A stretch of 31,707 nt of DNA from a virus, in UHGV virus genome UHGV-0209292. One strand, written 5' to 3'. Under the pieces are notes generated by a model, which did no database searches, was not told the DNA's origin, and saw only the letters and a program-made list of their open reading frames with translations. Every line of letters starts with the position of its first letter. Position 1 is the stretch's first letter. The translations under genes were made by a program, and so were the position numbers. Positions 8,101 through 15,225 of the stretch are shown here, piece after piece.

Positions 8101-8327
8101 TAGTGCAGCTCCTGTGATTCATTCTCAAAGCGAGTGGCTTCACGGCGCAGCAGTTCGGCGGCTTCGATACCGCTCATCCCCTCTTTGGTGATATGTATCG
8201 CCAGTGCCTCAAGGCGGATGGAAACAGCGAGCGCGCGGTCTTTACGTTCTTCTTTTTTGGCATCGGTCAGCAATACGGTCAGCGCATCGCTATCTGTATT
8301 AAAACTACGGGTTACGATATTACGCAT
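8100..8327 (-). CDS. Hypothetical early protein, 75 aa
   Basis: Strong RBS (AGGAGAATAAT before the ATG). Its stop overlaps the start of the TraR-like gene. Conserved small early orf position of P2/186. Confidence 0.6.
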   Translation of the reverse strand: MRNIVTRSFNTDSDALTVLLTDAKKEERKDRALAVSIRLEALAIHITKEGMSGIEAAELLRREATRFENESQELH

Positions 8328-8394
8328 AATTTATTCTCCTGATTTCGGGCAATAAGAAGCCCGGCGGGTTTACGCCATTAAATTTCTGTTTGGA

Positions 8395-8733
8395 TTAATT
8401 CGGCATGGTTAGCCGTTTGGGAAATAAACTCACCACTGCACGAAAATGATTCATCGCTGTAATAAGCGCCTTTTTCTCGTCAGTAGTCAGCTCACTTAAT
8501 TCGAGCTCATGACGAGCCGCAGGGATTTTTGCCAGAAAGAAAATAGCGGCCAGCGCCCGATTATTTTCTTCAAATTGTGGGTCACGTTTATCGCGCATAT
8601 CATCGACAAAACGTTCAACCTCTTTCCAGCTATCGCCCCAATATCTCGCGCGCAATTCAGCCACATGATTGAGACCGGTCAGACGTTCACCCGCTTTTAG
8701 CGGAACAGTCGCGGAAACAGCTTCGATAGCCAT
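8395..8733 (-). CDS. Hypothetical early protein, 112 aa (186 dhr-position)
   Basis: ORF in the early operon between the cII-proximal small orf and the 75-aa orf. The function call is positional only. Confidence 0.5.
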   Translation of the reverse strand: MAIEAVSATVPLKAGERLTGLNHVAELRARYWGDSWKEVERFVDDMRDKRDPQFEENNRALAAIFFLAKIPAARHELELSELTTDEKKALITAMNHFRAVVSLFPKRLTMPN

Positions 8734-8903
8734 GATTCCCCCTGCTTTTGAGTAGAGAGACCAGCCAGTAAATCAGCCTGTGAGTTGCTCGGGTGCCAGC
8801 GCTTGCCGTCCTTACCTGCGATCCAGCCGTGGCCGTAGTGCATGCCGGGACTTTGCTTTTTAAGCAGAGACTCGAATGACGGTTCATTATTCAACATAAG
8901 CAC
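8697..8903 (-). CDS. Hypothetical 68-aa protein immediately after cII (186 fil-position)
   Basis: Starts 2 nt after the cII stop. It overlaps the next orf by 37 nt, and an alternative frame (8687-8887) also exists, so the frame and extent are uncertain. Confidence 0.4.
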   Translation of the reverse strand: MLMLNNEPSFESLLKKQSPGMHYGHGWIAGKDGKRWHPSNSQADLLAGLSTQKQGESWLSKLFPRLFR

Positions 8904-8904
8904 C

Positions 8905-9414
8905 TCACATCAGACCGAATGAGGCACCGAGGCCGCTCATGGTGTCTACAACGCTTGTCATTGCCGGGTTAGCCTGAAGCCGCGCATGCAGCGCCAGAGC
9001 CGACAATGACAACATGCGAATGCCAGCATTTACGCTTTCAATCATGTTGTGCTTACGTGCAGAGGTCAGGCGCTCATTAGAGACCGCACCGCTTGCCAGC
9101 TCGCCGAGTTCACTCATTGCTCGCATGACATAAGACTGCAATTTGTCTTTAGCCAGCTCATTTACCGGCACGCACGGTAGACAATGAATCTGCGCCAGAA
9201 AACCATCAACAAGGGTTGAGTCTTCGGTCAGGTCAGTCAGTAGCCACAATTCAGGCGGCGTGAACTGGTGAGGCTGCTCGGGGTTGAGCTTGTTACGTAA
9301 CGTTTGAACATTCATACCCGTACGCAGGGCCAGCTTCGTCATATTGTGACGCTTCGCAAAAGCCCGGCACGCTTCGTCATAATGGGGATGTTTGGAAACC
9401 TGAAAATCAAACAT
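8905..9414 (-). CDS. cII: CII-like lysogeny-establishment activator (186 CII family)
   Basis: 169 aa, the same as 186 CII. Second gene of the lytic early operon after apl. The HTH-like segment is TKLALRTGMNVQTLRNKL. Confidence 0.8.
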   Translation of the reverse strand: MFDFQVSKHPHYDEACRAFAKRHNMTKLALRTGMNVQTLRNKLNPEQPHQFTPPELWLLTDLTEDSTLVDGFLAQIHCLPCVPVNELAKDKLQSYVMRAMSELGELASGAVSNERLTSARKHNMIESVNAGIRMLSLSALALHARLQANPAMTSVVDTMSGLGASFGLM

Positions 9415-9434
9415 GTCGCATCCTTAACATTCAC

Positions 9435-9710
9435 TTAAAGTGAATATGGATTCTCAATAATGAGCTGAAAACGTGCGTGACCCAAAGCTTTACGCAACTG
9501 TTCTTCTTTCCAGCGAGCGTAATAAATCCGGATAGGGCCACCTGCTTTCTTACGACCTTTACGGATGACTCGTTTTTCGATTGGAACACGTGGGGTGTCA
9601 CCTGTCGTCCAGCGATAGGCAGTACGTTCGGAAACACCCTCAAGTTCCGCAAATTGCTGAAGCGTGACTACAGGGGACGGGATTTTGATGATTGCGATTT
9701 CAGAAGCCAT
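9435..9710 (-). CDS. apl: Apl/Cox-like excisionase and early repressor
   Basis: About 91 aa from the ATG at 9710 (the longer ORF begins with TTG). HTH segment LQQFAELEGVSERTAYRWTTG. First gene of the early operon, divergent from cI, as in 186. Confidence 0.75.
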   Translation of the reverse strand: MASEIAIIKIPSPVVTLQQFAELEGVSERTAYRWTTGDTPRVPIEKRVIRKGRKKAGGPIRIYYARWKEEQLRKALGHARFQLIIENPYSL

Positions 9711-9841
9711 GTTGCATGATTCCCATTTTGACAATGTTTGCAATCAATGGCCTCCGTTTGCCAATTTCTGCCACTGATTGCCCGAATTAGCAATGATACT
9801 AATACTCAATTGAGCGTTAGTAAATACCCAAGGAATATATT
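9711..9841. promoter_or_regulatory. Divergent pR/pL switch region between apl and cI, with repeated GATACT(C) and TTTGC(A/C)AAT motifs (candidate CI/Apl operators)
   Basis: 131-bp intergenic region between divergent regulatory genes. Seen directly: CAATGATACTAATACTCAATTG, and GATACTCGATACTCAG at the start of cI. Confidence 0.5.
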
Positions 9842-10417
9842 TTGATACTCGATACTCAGGTGAATAACGACGAGTTACTGGATAGAATTTGTCAAGTATA
9901 TGGTTTTACTCAAAAAATCCAGCTAGCCCGGCACTTCAATATTGCCGCCAGCTCCCTACAAAACCGCTACACACGAGGCACTGTTTCTTATGATTTCGCC
10001 GTGCAGTGCGCACTAGAAACTGGAGCAAGCCTACTATGGCTTCTTACGGGGGAAGGCTCTCAATATGATGGCAAACCGTCCCCAAAGGATCCGAAAATGA
10101 TAGATACCTTCACTCTGAGTGATGGAAAGCTCGAAGAAAATTCACCATTGAGTATTGATGCCGGTTTTTTTAGCAAGCAAATGTCAAAAGGTATTGCTGT
10201 TCGCGCCGATGGAAAGCTGCACTTCATAGAACAAGATGCCTCACTTTCTGATGGCCTTTGGTTGGTTGATATTGAGGGAGCTACCAGCATCAGAGAATTG
10301 ACGCTCCTACCTGGCAAAAAGTTACACGTTGCGGGCGGCAAAGTACCATTTGAGTGCGGGATAGATGAGATAAAAACGATTGGCCGTGTAGTGGGTGTAT
10401 ACAGCGAGGTTAATTGA
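9842..10417 (+). CDS. cI: CI immunity repressor (186 CI type, about 190 aa)
   Basis: 191-aa ORF in the correct position and orientation, co-transcribed with int. Size matches 186 CI (192 aa) and is far longer than P2 C (99 aa). N-terminal helix-rich and C-terminal beta-rich organisation. The start (TTG at 9842 with AAGGA upstream, or GTG at 9860) is uncertain. Confidence 0.75.
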   Translation: MILDTQVNNDELLDRICQVYGFTQKIQLARHFNIAASSLQNRYTRGTVSYDFAVQCALETGASLLWLLTGEGSQYDGKPSPKDPKMIDTFTLSDGKLEENSPLSIDAGFFSKQMSKGIAVRADGKLHFIEQDASLSDGLWLVDIEGATSIRELTLLPGKKLHVAGGKVPFECGIDEIKTIGRVVGVYSEVN

Positions 10418-11418
10418 TGACTGTCCGTAAAAATCCGGCTGGAGGTTGGATTTGTGAGCTCTACCCAAACGGAGCAAAAGGCAAACGTATCAGAAAAAAA
10501 TTCGCTACTAAGGGCGAGGCTCTGGCGTTTGAGCAGTACACCGTTCAAAACCCGTGGCAGGAAGAAAAGGAAGACAGACGGACTCTAAAAGACCTAATCG
10601 ACTCATGGTATAGCGCTCACGGTATTACCCTTAAAGACGGTCTCAAACGCCAGTTAGCGATGCATCATGCTTTTGAGTGTATGGGCGAACCGCTTGCACG
10701 CGATTTCGATGCGCAGATGTTTTCCCGCTACCGTGAAAAGAGGCTAAAGGGTGAATATGCCCGTTCAAACAGGGTTAAAGAAGTATCGCCCCGCACGCTT
10801 AATCTTGAGTTAGCCTATTTTCGCGCGGTATTCAATGAGCTAAACCGCCTCGGTGAATGGAAAGGCGAAAACCCGCTAAAAAATATGCGCCCTTTCCGCA
10901 CAGAAGAAATGGAAATGGCCTGGCTAACTCACGACCAAATTTCACAACTGCTCGGAGAGTGCAAACGGCATGACCACCCTGATTTAGAAAGTGTGGTCAG
11001 AATCTGCCTAGCAACTGGTGCACGGTGGTCTGAAGCCGAGAGCATGAAAAAAAGCCAGCTAGCGAAATACAAAATCACATACACTAACACGAAAGGCAGA
11101 AAAAACCGCACCGTTCCAATCAGTAAAGAGCTCTATGAGTTTCTGCCTTATGAAAAAAAGGGTCGGTTATTTAGTGATTGTTATGGCGCGTTCCGATCTG
11201 CTCTGGAAAGAACAGGCATCGAACTACCGGCAGGACAACTTACCCACGTTTTGCGCCACACCTTCGCCAGCCACTTTATGATGAATGGCGGTAACATTCT
11301 GGTCTTGCAGCGCGTGCTCGGCCATACCGACATCAAAATGACGATGCGGTATGCGCATTTTGCTCCAGACCACTTAGAAGACGCTGTTAAACTTAATCCA
11401 TTAAATACATTTAGTTAA
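10417..11418 (+). CDS. int: Tyrosine integrase (P2/186 family)
   Basis: 333 aa. The ATG overlaps the cI stop (TGATGA). C-terminal catalytic region HVLRHTFASHFMMNGGNILVLQRVLGHTDIKMTMRYAHF carries the R..HxxR..Y signature. Confidence 0.9.
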   Translation: MTVRKNPAGGWICELYPNGAKGKRIRKKFATKGEALAFEQYTVQNPWQEEKEDRRTLKDLIDSWYSAHGITLKDGLKRQLAMHHAFECMGEPLARDFDAQMFSRYREKRLKGEYARSNRVKEVSPRTLNLELAYFRAVFNELNRLGEWKGENPLKNMRPFRTEEMEMAWLTHDQISQLLGECKRHDHPDLESVVRICLATGARWSEAESMKKSQLAKYKITYTNTKGRKNRTVPISKELYEFLPYEKKGRLFSDCYGAFRSALERTGIELPAGQLTHVLRHTFASHFMMNGGNILVLQRVLGHTDIKMTMRYAHFAPDHLEDAVKLNPLNTFS

Positions 11419-11427
11419 TCTAATTTA

Positions 11428-12891
11428 TTATTTATTGTTCATTTCTCGTAAATCTTGCTCCCAATGGGTATCGTTGGACTCAACAATACCCTCTCTTTCC
11501 AAGAGCATCATTCTCTTCAAAAGATATTTTTGGCTCATACCTCTTAGGTAATACCTAACAGTTTCGGCAAAATCCCAATTATCATCTGAAAACAGTCTTG
11601 GCTGGAATGAATGGCAATATACAATTTCAATATCCTTACCCTCGCAATCAAAATTAGCTAACATATTAGTAATTTTCTCATCACGAAGCACTTCTACATG
11701 TGGGCCATGTAATGTTTCATATCCAATATGAATAACTGTTTTACCATCATCTGGCGCTTGCCTCACAGCTTTTACAAGCAATCCCTTAACATCTTTAGCT
11801 TTTTTTGCAATCGACTCATCTGCTATACATTCCCATTTAGCGCAGAAAGGTCTCTTTATTTCGTCTGCAAAAACGTTAATTGTACTATATTCATCATCGC
11901 TATAAGTACAAAGTTTAGCTTGGCAGGCCATTGTATAACTACCATGGGGTTCATAGTTATCATCTAAAAGAGAGTTAAGCTGTGGCGAAGGATATTTTAC
12001 TATCCATTTAGCGAAATGTTTATTTACTCGATCCATATCAATTAAATTTGCCACCACTGATATTTCATTATTTTCACATGATGCAATGCCGCATTGCATT
12101 AAATCTCGCGATGCGTATAAACACCTAACAACATTCAAAAAAATATCAGGATGGGTACTATTGACCTCACATTTGAACTTTACATTGAAAAAAACAGGAT
12201 ATGGATAAGAAATCATGTAAGGTAGAGCTTGCTGCCATCTTTTAACCCATTCCGTTCGTTCATTTTCTGAATATTGAGTTACCTTTGCAAGCCTTTTACA
12301 TTCGACATATAGTTTATCATTTTCTTTCTTCACAAGAAGGTCTGGAGTTTTACCTGCACCGGACTCAGGTAAAAACTCTACTTCCCAGCCATTTTTTATA
12401 TAACAGGCAGCAACAACCAATTCAAATAATACCGAGTCTGGTTGATTCTCAGGTTTAACAAGTAAATCTTTAAGCTTATTTTCAATACCTTTGGTACACT
12501 TCAACTCTTCGCTAAATTCCCCGATTGTAGCAAAAAACGGCCAAATTCTAGAGGATTGCGCAGGTTCATCAACTGTTGGGCGATCTGCAAGTGATTCTGC
12601 AAGGTATAAATACCAAGCGATCCAATCTTCATAAAAAGCCATGCGAGAATCTTTTTCATGAAAAGAAACATCAGTTTGGCTGTTATATAACCGTTCAGTG
12701 AGAGAGCGAAAATATCTTAGAACATTATCTCTTCGCTCAAACCACTTTTCTTGCCCCATGACTTCAACAAACCATCGATATGTTTTCTTTACGTCTTTGA
12801 CGAGAGGGTCGTCGTGTCTCGCATTAAAATGCTTCCAAAATTCAGCATACTCATCTTCAGTAGCATTTTTATCATGGCTATTTTCGCTCAC
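11428..12891 (-). CDS. Hypothetical 487-aa protein with a PD-(D/E)xK nuclease motif; AT-rich cargo between int and attP
   Basis: About 33-35% GC by eye. Motif FELVVAACYIKNGWEVEF...GKTPDLLVKKENDKLYVECKRLAK gives E ... PD ... ExK in canonical spacing. GTG start with an AAGGA SD. Convergent with int, with a 9-nt gap. Confidence 0.7.
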   Translation of the reverse strand: MSENSHDKNATEDEYAEFWKHFNARHDDPLVKDVKKTYRWFVEVMGQEKWFERRDNVLRYFRSLTERLYNSQTDVSFHEKDSRMAFYEDWIAWYLYLAESLADRPTVDEPAQSSRIWPFFATIGEFSEELKCTKGIENKLKDLLVKPENQPDSVLFELVVAACYIKNGWEVEFLPESGAGKTPDLLVKKENDKLYVECKRLAKVTQYSENERTEWVKRWQQALPYMISYPYPVFFNVKFKCEVNSTHPDIFLNVVRCLYASRDLMQCGIASCENNEISVVANLIDMDRVNKHFAKWIVKYPSPQLNSLLDDNYEPHGSYTMACQAKLCTYSDDEYSTINVFADEIKRPFCAKWECIADESIAKKAKDVKGLLVKAVRQAPDDGKTVIHIGYETLHGPHVEVLRDEKITNMLANFDCEGKDIEIVYCHSFQPRLFSDDNWDFAETVRYYLRGMSQKYLLKRMMLLEREGIVESNDTHWEQDLREMNNK

Positions 12892-12982
12892 TTGATATCC
12901 TTAGATGGAAGAAAAGATATGTTTAAGTTACTATTTTTTTACCCCTATGTATGCTACTGCATTCACAAACATAGAGCATTTT

Positions 12983-13011
12983 AGTGGCGATAAAGTGGCG
13001 ATAGAAATGGC
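12983..13011 (+). repeat. attP left arm: direct repeats AGTGGCGATA x2 plus a partial third (integrase arm-type sites)
   Basis: AGTGGCGATAAAGTGGCGATAGAAATGGC seen directly. The same motif recurs on the other side of the core. Confidence 0.5.
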
Positions 13012-13098
13012 AAATTACAGGTAATCATTGGCAGACAGATGCAAACTAAGTCAATGACAAATAACGCAAACCATTGATTTTCGGTTGTTCTTGTAGGA

Positions 13099-13144
13099 AC
13101 TCATAATCGCTTGGTCGCTGGTTCAAGTCCAGCAGGGGCCACCA
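13099..13144 (+). other. attP: attP core: 46-nt 3' portion of tRNA-Ile2 (ileX/ileY, LAU anticodon type), anticodon loop to CCA
   Basis: ACTCATAATCGCTTGGTCGCTGGTTCAAGTCCAGCAGGGGCCACCA matches the 3' end of the enterobacterial ileX/ileY tRNA from the anticodon loop onward. There is no 5' half, so it is not a functional tRNA gene. It is flanked by int on one side and ogr on the other, both phage genes. Confidence 0.8.
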
Positions 13145-13171
13145 AATTTTATCATTAAAATCATACAGTTA

Positions 13172-13198
13172 AGCCACTCATTCGAGTGGCTTTTTTTT
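13172..13198 (+). terminator. Rho-independent terminator (AAGCCACTC-ATTC-GAGTGGCTT followed by T8) downstream of the tRNA fragment
   Basis: 9-bp stem with a 4-nt loop followed by an 8-T run. After integration it would terminate the reconstituted tRNA transcript. Confidence 0.6.
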
Positions 13199-13211
13199 GC
13201 ATGGATTTTTA

Positions 13212-13234
13212 AGTGGCGATAAAATGGCGGTAGA
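13212..13234 (+). repeat. attP right arm: AGTGGCGATAAAATGGCGGTAGA (arm-type repeats matching the left arm)
   Basis: Same AGTGGCGATA / TGGCG-TAGA motif as at 12983-13011, in direct orientation. Confidence 0.5.
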
Positions 13235-13261
13235 TTTTTAACGCATCTTTCCTCTGAGCAT

Positions 13262-13286
13262 AAAAAAACCCGCACAGGGCGGGCAC
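13262..13286 (-). terminator. Rho-independent terminator of ogr (GCCCGCCCTGTGCGGG followed by T7 on the - strand)
   Basis: A GC stem (CCCGC/GCGGG) with loop, then TTTTTTTAT on the - strand, about 15 nt after the ogr stop. Confidence 0.6.
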
Positions 13287-13300
13287 TTAGCAGGAATTTA

Positions 13301-13519
13301 TCACAGCCATAATGGCCGCTGACCACCAACGGTCGGGTGAGGTGGAGCTGGGGTTATCGTTCCGGGTGTAACTATAAAACGCTCTACCGACTCCATCGTC
13401 ACAAATGTACAGCTGCAATTTATATTTGTGCATTGATGATAGCGCTCCTTAGTATTCTCACTTAAATATCTACTCGTACGAGCATGCGCCGCGTGCTGGC
13501 ATTTCGGACAATGGAACAT
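13301..13519 (-). CDS. ogr: Ogr-type zinc-finger late-gene transcription activator
   Basis: 72 aa from MFHCPKCQHAAHARTSRYLSENTKERYHQCTNINCSCTFVTMESVERFIV... This is near-identical in pattern to P2 Ogr (MFHCPLCQHAAHARTSRY...KERYHQCQNVNCSATF...), including the C-x2-C...C-x4-C zinc finger. Confidence 0.9.
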   Translation of the reverse strand: MFHCPKCQHAAHARTSRYLSENTKERYHQCTNINCSCTFVTMESVERFIVTPGTITPAPPHPTVGGQRPLWL

Positions 13520-13584
13520 TATCAAGCCCTCATTCACAATAAGTGAATAAATGATACTCAATCCTTCACAATTTGAGAACACTT

Positions 13585-14754
13585 TTATTTGTTCATCTCT
13601 TCTGTAACATACTCCACATCCGACACTTTAACCTCAAGCTCTAAGCCCGTCGTGTAGCCGTTCCCGTTAAGGTTATGCACCACCCGGCTGATTATCCAAG
13701 CCTGCTCGTCTATAACACGCTTAAAGCCTTTGACCGCTATCGGCGTTTCAGGAAATAAATCTGCCCGACCAATAGCCAGCGAGATTGAAAACTCCGCCAC
13801 TCCGCGCTGTAACTTGTCCCACTTAGCCTGAGCGGCGCGCATGGCCTGCGCTTTTGTCGCGTAGATGGTCGTCAGCTCCAGCACGTTCTCAGACTCACCG
13901 ACCATATACTCGCCCTCGCGCGCCTCCTGCTCTTTTTTGGCTCCGGCCTTGGACGTGGTTTTTGTCGCTTTTGGATGTTGCAGCGCGCGCAGGTGCTGCT
14001 CCTTCGGCTTGCGCCTGAGCTTCACCTTTTGCTTTTGCGGCTTCGGGTCTTTTGTGTGCAGCCATTTAGCCGTTACGCCGGTGTAGGCTTCACGGTCAGC
14101 AATCGCAAACTGATGACGGTCGCCGTCGCCGCGCTCGATCGTCATCTGCGGGATGGGCTTGCCGCTGACCGTCCGACCGCTACCGGCTTTCAGGAACAGC
14201 AGTTTCCCCGCTTTCACCGACACTGATGCACCGTTACGGTCAGCCAGGCGGGACAGAAACACCGCGTCGGATTCCTGCGCCTGGTCAATATGAGGCACGG
14301 GGATCGCTTTCAGCGTGTCAGCCACGCTGGCCGTGAGTTTGTTGCGCGCTGCGATGGTCTCAACAATGACACCGAGCGTGGTGTTGTGCCATGACTGTTC
14401 CCGGCGGGAGTTCAGCGTGCCGCGAAAATCAGCGCTGCGCCCTCTGATGGTCAGCGTATCAGGCGCGCCACGGTGCTCGATTTCGTCGACCGTGAAACTG
14501 CCCTTATTCAGCAAGGCTGAGCCCTGCCAGCCCAGCCACAGCGTCAGTTTTGCACCACGCGGCGGCAGCTCGACAAGCCCGTCGGTGTCGTCGAGCTCGA
14601 TGTCGAGCTGGTCAGCCTCGAATCCGCGATTGTCCGTCATGGTCAGACTGATTAGCCGGTCGCTGAAATTCTGCGTGATATCATCGCCATCGAGCGTGAG
14701 CATAAACGCCGGAGCAATCTGTGCCCCGGCCTGAACATTCAGACCCGTAATCAT
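13585..14754 (-). CDS. D: Tail protein gpD (late control gene D)
   Basis: 389 aa, last gene of the tail operon before ogr, with P2 gpD-like size and order. Confidence 0.85.
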   Translation of the reverse strand: MITGLNVQAGAQIAPAFMLTLDGDDITQNFSDRLISLTMTDNRGFEADQLDIELDDTDGLVELPPRGAKLTLWLGWQGSALLNKGSFTVDEIEHRGAPDTLTIRGRSADFRGTLNSRREQSWHNTTLGVIVETIAARNKLTASVADTLKAIPVPHIDQAQESDAVFLSRLADRNGASVSVKAGKLLFLKAGSGRTVSGKPIPQMTIERGDGDRHQFAIADREAYTGVTAKWLHTKDPKPQKQKVKLRRKPKEQHLRALQHPKATKTTSKAGAKKEQEAREGEYMVGESENVLELTTIYATKAQAMRAAQAKWDKLQRGVAEFSISLAIGRADLFPETPIAVKGFKRVIDEQAWIISRVVHNLNGNGYTTGLELEVKVSDVEYVTEEMNK

Positions 14755-15215
14755 CCCGCCAGCCCTCCGATCCAGTTACCGGCAGATGTCACCAGATTGT
14801 CGGCCTGCGTTTTCAGGTCGCCATAAATGGCCGCGAGCGAGTCATCGACCCGTTTCAGCGAGAGGCTAAACTCAATTTTTCTGGCCGCGCCGTCGCTGAA
14901 TAATTCGGTGTGCGTGTGGGTCACTTTTTCGATGACATACATACCGTGGATCATGCCCGTCCCGTCAATCAGCGGCCACGCTCTGCCCTCGTCGGCCATC
15001 AGTTCGATGGCCGTCAGCGACAGGCGTCCGCCGGTGATTTCGGGGTACAGCACGCCCGAGAGCGTGCGCGAGGTTTCCCCCTCGCCGAGATACTGATAAG
15101 CAGGGGGTTTACCGATGCGGTCATTTGACGCCCATCGGTAATCCTTTGAGTACTGCATCGACTGATAAGGCAGCGTGCGGCGCTCAAACACAAATAAACC
15201 CAGTACCATTAACAT
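14751..15215 (-). CDS. U: Tail protein gpU
   Basis: 154 aa between T and D, overlapping the D start by 4 nt. P2 gpU is about 159 aa. Confidence 0.85.
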   Translation of the reverse strand: MLMVLGLFVFERRTLPYQSMQYSKDYRWASNDRIGKPPAYQYLGEGETSRTLSGVLYPEITGGRLSLTAIELMADEGRAWPLIDGTGMIHGMYVIEKVTHTHTELFSDGAARKIEFSLSLKRVDDSLAAIYGDLKTQADNLVTSAGNWIGGLAG

Positions 15216-15225
15216 GTTTTAGCCC

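Noticed and set aside
8687-8887. 66-aa alternative frame overlapping the fil-position ORF
   Set aside because: The frame starting 2 nt after the cII stop (8903) fits operon architecture better. Only one can be coding, and confidence is low for either.
12751-12984. 77-aa + strand ORF, hydrophobic, overlapping the start of the 487-aa gene and the attP left arm
   Set aside because: AT-rich antisense frame with no RBS. It overlaps a better-supported gene and the att arm sites.
13099-13144. Possible tRNA gene
   Set aside because: Only the 3' 46 nt (anticodon loop to CCA) are present. There is no D-arm or 5' acceptor strand upstream; the preceding sequence is CTTGTAGGA. It is the attP core copy, not a functional tRNA.
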